From assembly GCA_038143065.1 (NCBI GenBank), contig JAYQLI010000012.1:79198-143197 (forward strand): 64,000 nt of DNA, written 5' to 3'. This document shows, one piece after another, positions 63,955 through 64,000 of this stretch. The notes below the pieces were generated by a model. It saw only the letters and a list, made by a program, of their open reading frames with translations. It was not told the origin of the DNA and made no database searches. The number at the start of each line of letters is the position of its first letter. Position 1 is the first letter of the stretch. The DNA is from Rhodospirillales bacterium (GTDB lineage Bacteria > Pseudomonadota > Alphaproteobacteria > Bin95). Made by a program: the position numbers and the translations under genes.

Positions 63955-64000
63955 AATTTTTGCTTTATTAATAAAAATAAAAACACCGCAATACCATACA

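Noticed and set aside
1-64000. Widespread frameshifts as programmed recoding or mass pseudogenisation
   Set aside because: Breaks are small indels, often in homopolymers, spread over all modules while motifs stay conserved; sequencing error is the simpler reading, though real decay cannot be excluded without reads

Overview
Accessory, island-like region of an alphaproteobacterium. The CtrA sequence and gene content point to Rhodobacteraceae/Roseobacter; this is inferred, not verified. Many otherwise conserved genes carry single-base frameshifts, often at homopolymers, so the sequence is probably error-prone; split ORFs are merged below. Layout: (i) 0-2.7 kb, DMT transporter, GST, small HeH-TM protein, tRNA and IS scars. 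(ii) 2.7-9.4 kb, LysR-linked operon of aminotransferase, glutaryl-CoA dehydrogenase, fused E1 alpha/beta 2-oxoacid dehydrogenase and FabD-like acyltransferase. (iii) 9.4-26.3 kb, a MarR-linked catabolic unit carrying its own coenzyme F420 pathway: hydantoinase/oxoprolinase A+B, F420-type LLM, CoA ligase, PaaI thioesterase, npdG, cofE, cofD, cofC, fbiC, plus a TRAP transporter and a nitroreductase whose upstream regions carry the same or a related operator palindrome. (iv) 26.3-33.2 kb, decayed satellite-like integrative element between a tRNA-Thr fragment and a 3'-truncated ctrA. (v) 33.3-42.9 kb, IS5 remnant then a DUF917 / hydantoinase-like / ABC / racemase / LuxR cluster. (vi) 43.4-49.6 kb, HK97-type packaging module (HNH, cos, terS, terL, portal) with an antisense gene in each junction. 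(vii) 49.6-51.3 kb, pseudogene and IS debris. (viii) 51.3-63.5 kb, AraC plus hmfABCDE-like 2-furoate degradation and a HAAT ABC transporter between IS6 remnants. The best candidate for an undescribed system is the self-contained F420-dependent catabolic regulon, possibly feeding the neighbouring 2-oxoadipate/glutaryl-CoA operon. Next are the ctrA-interrupting element and the cassette-studded packaging module. No CRISPR array, rRNA or intact tRNA was seen.
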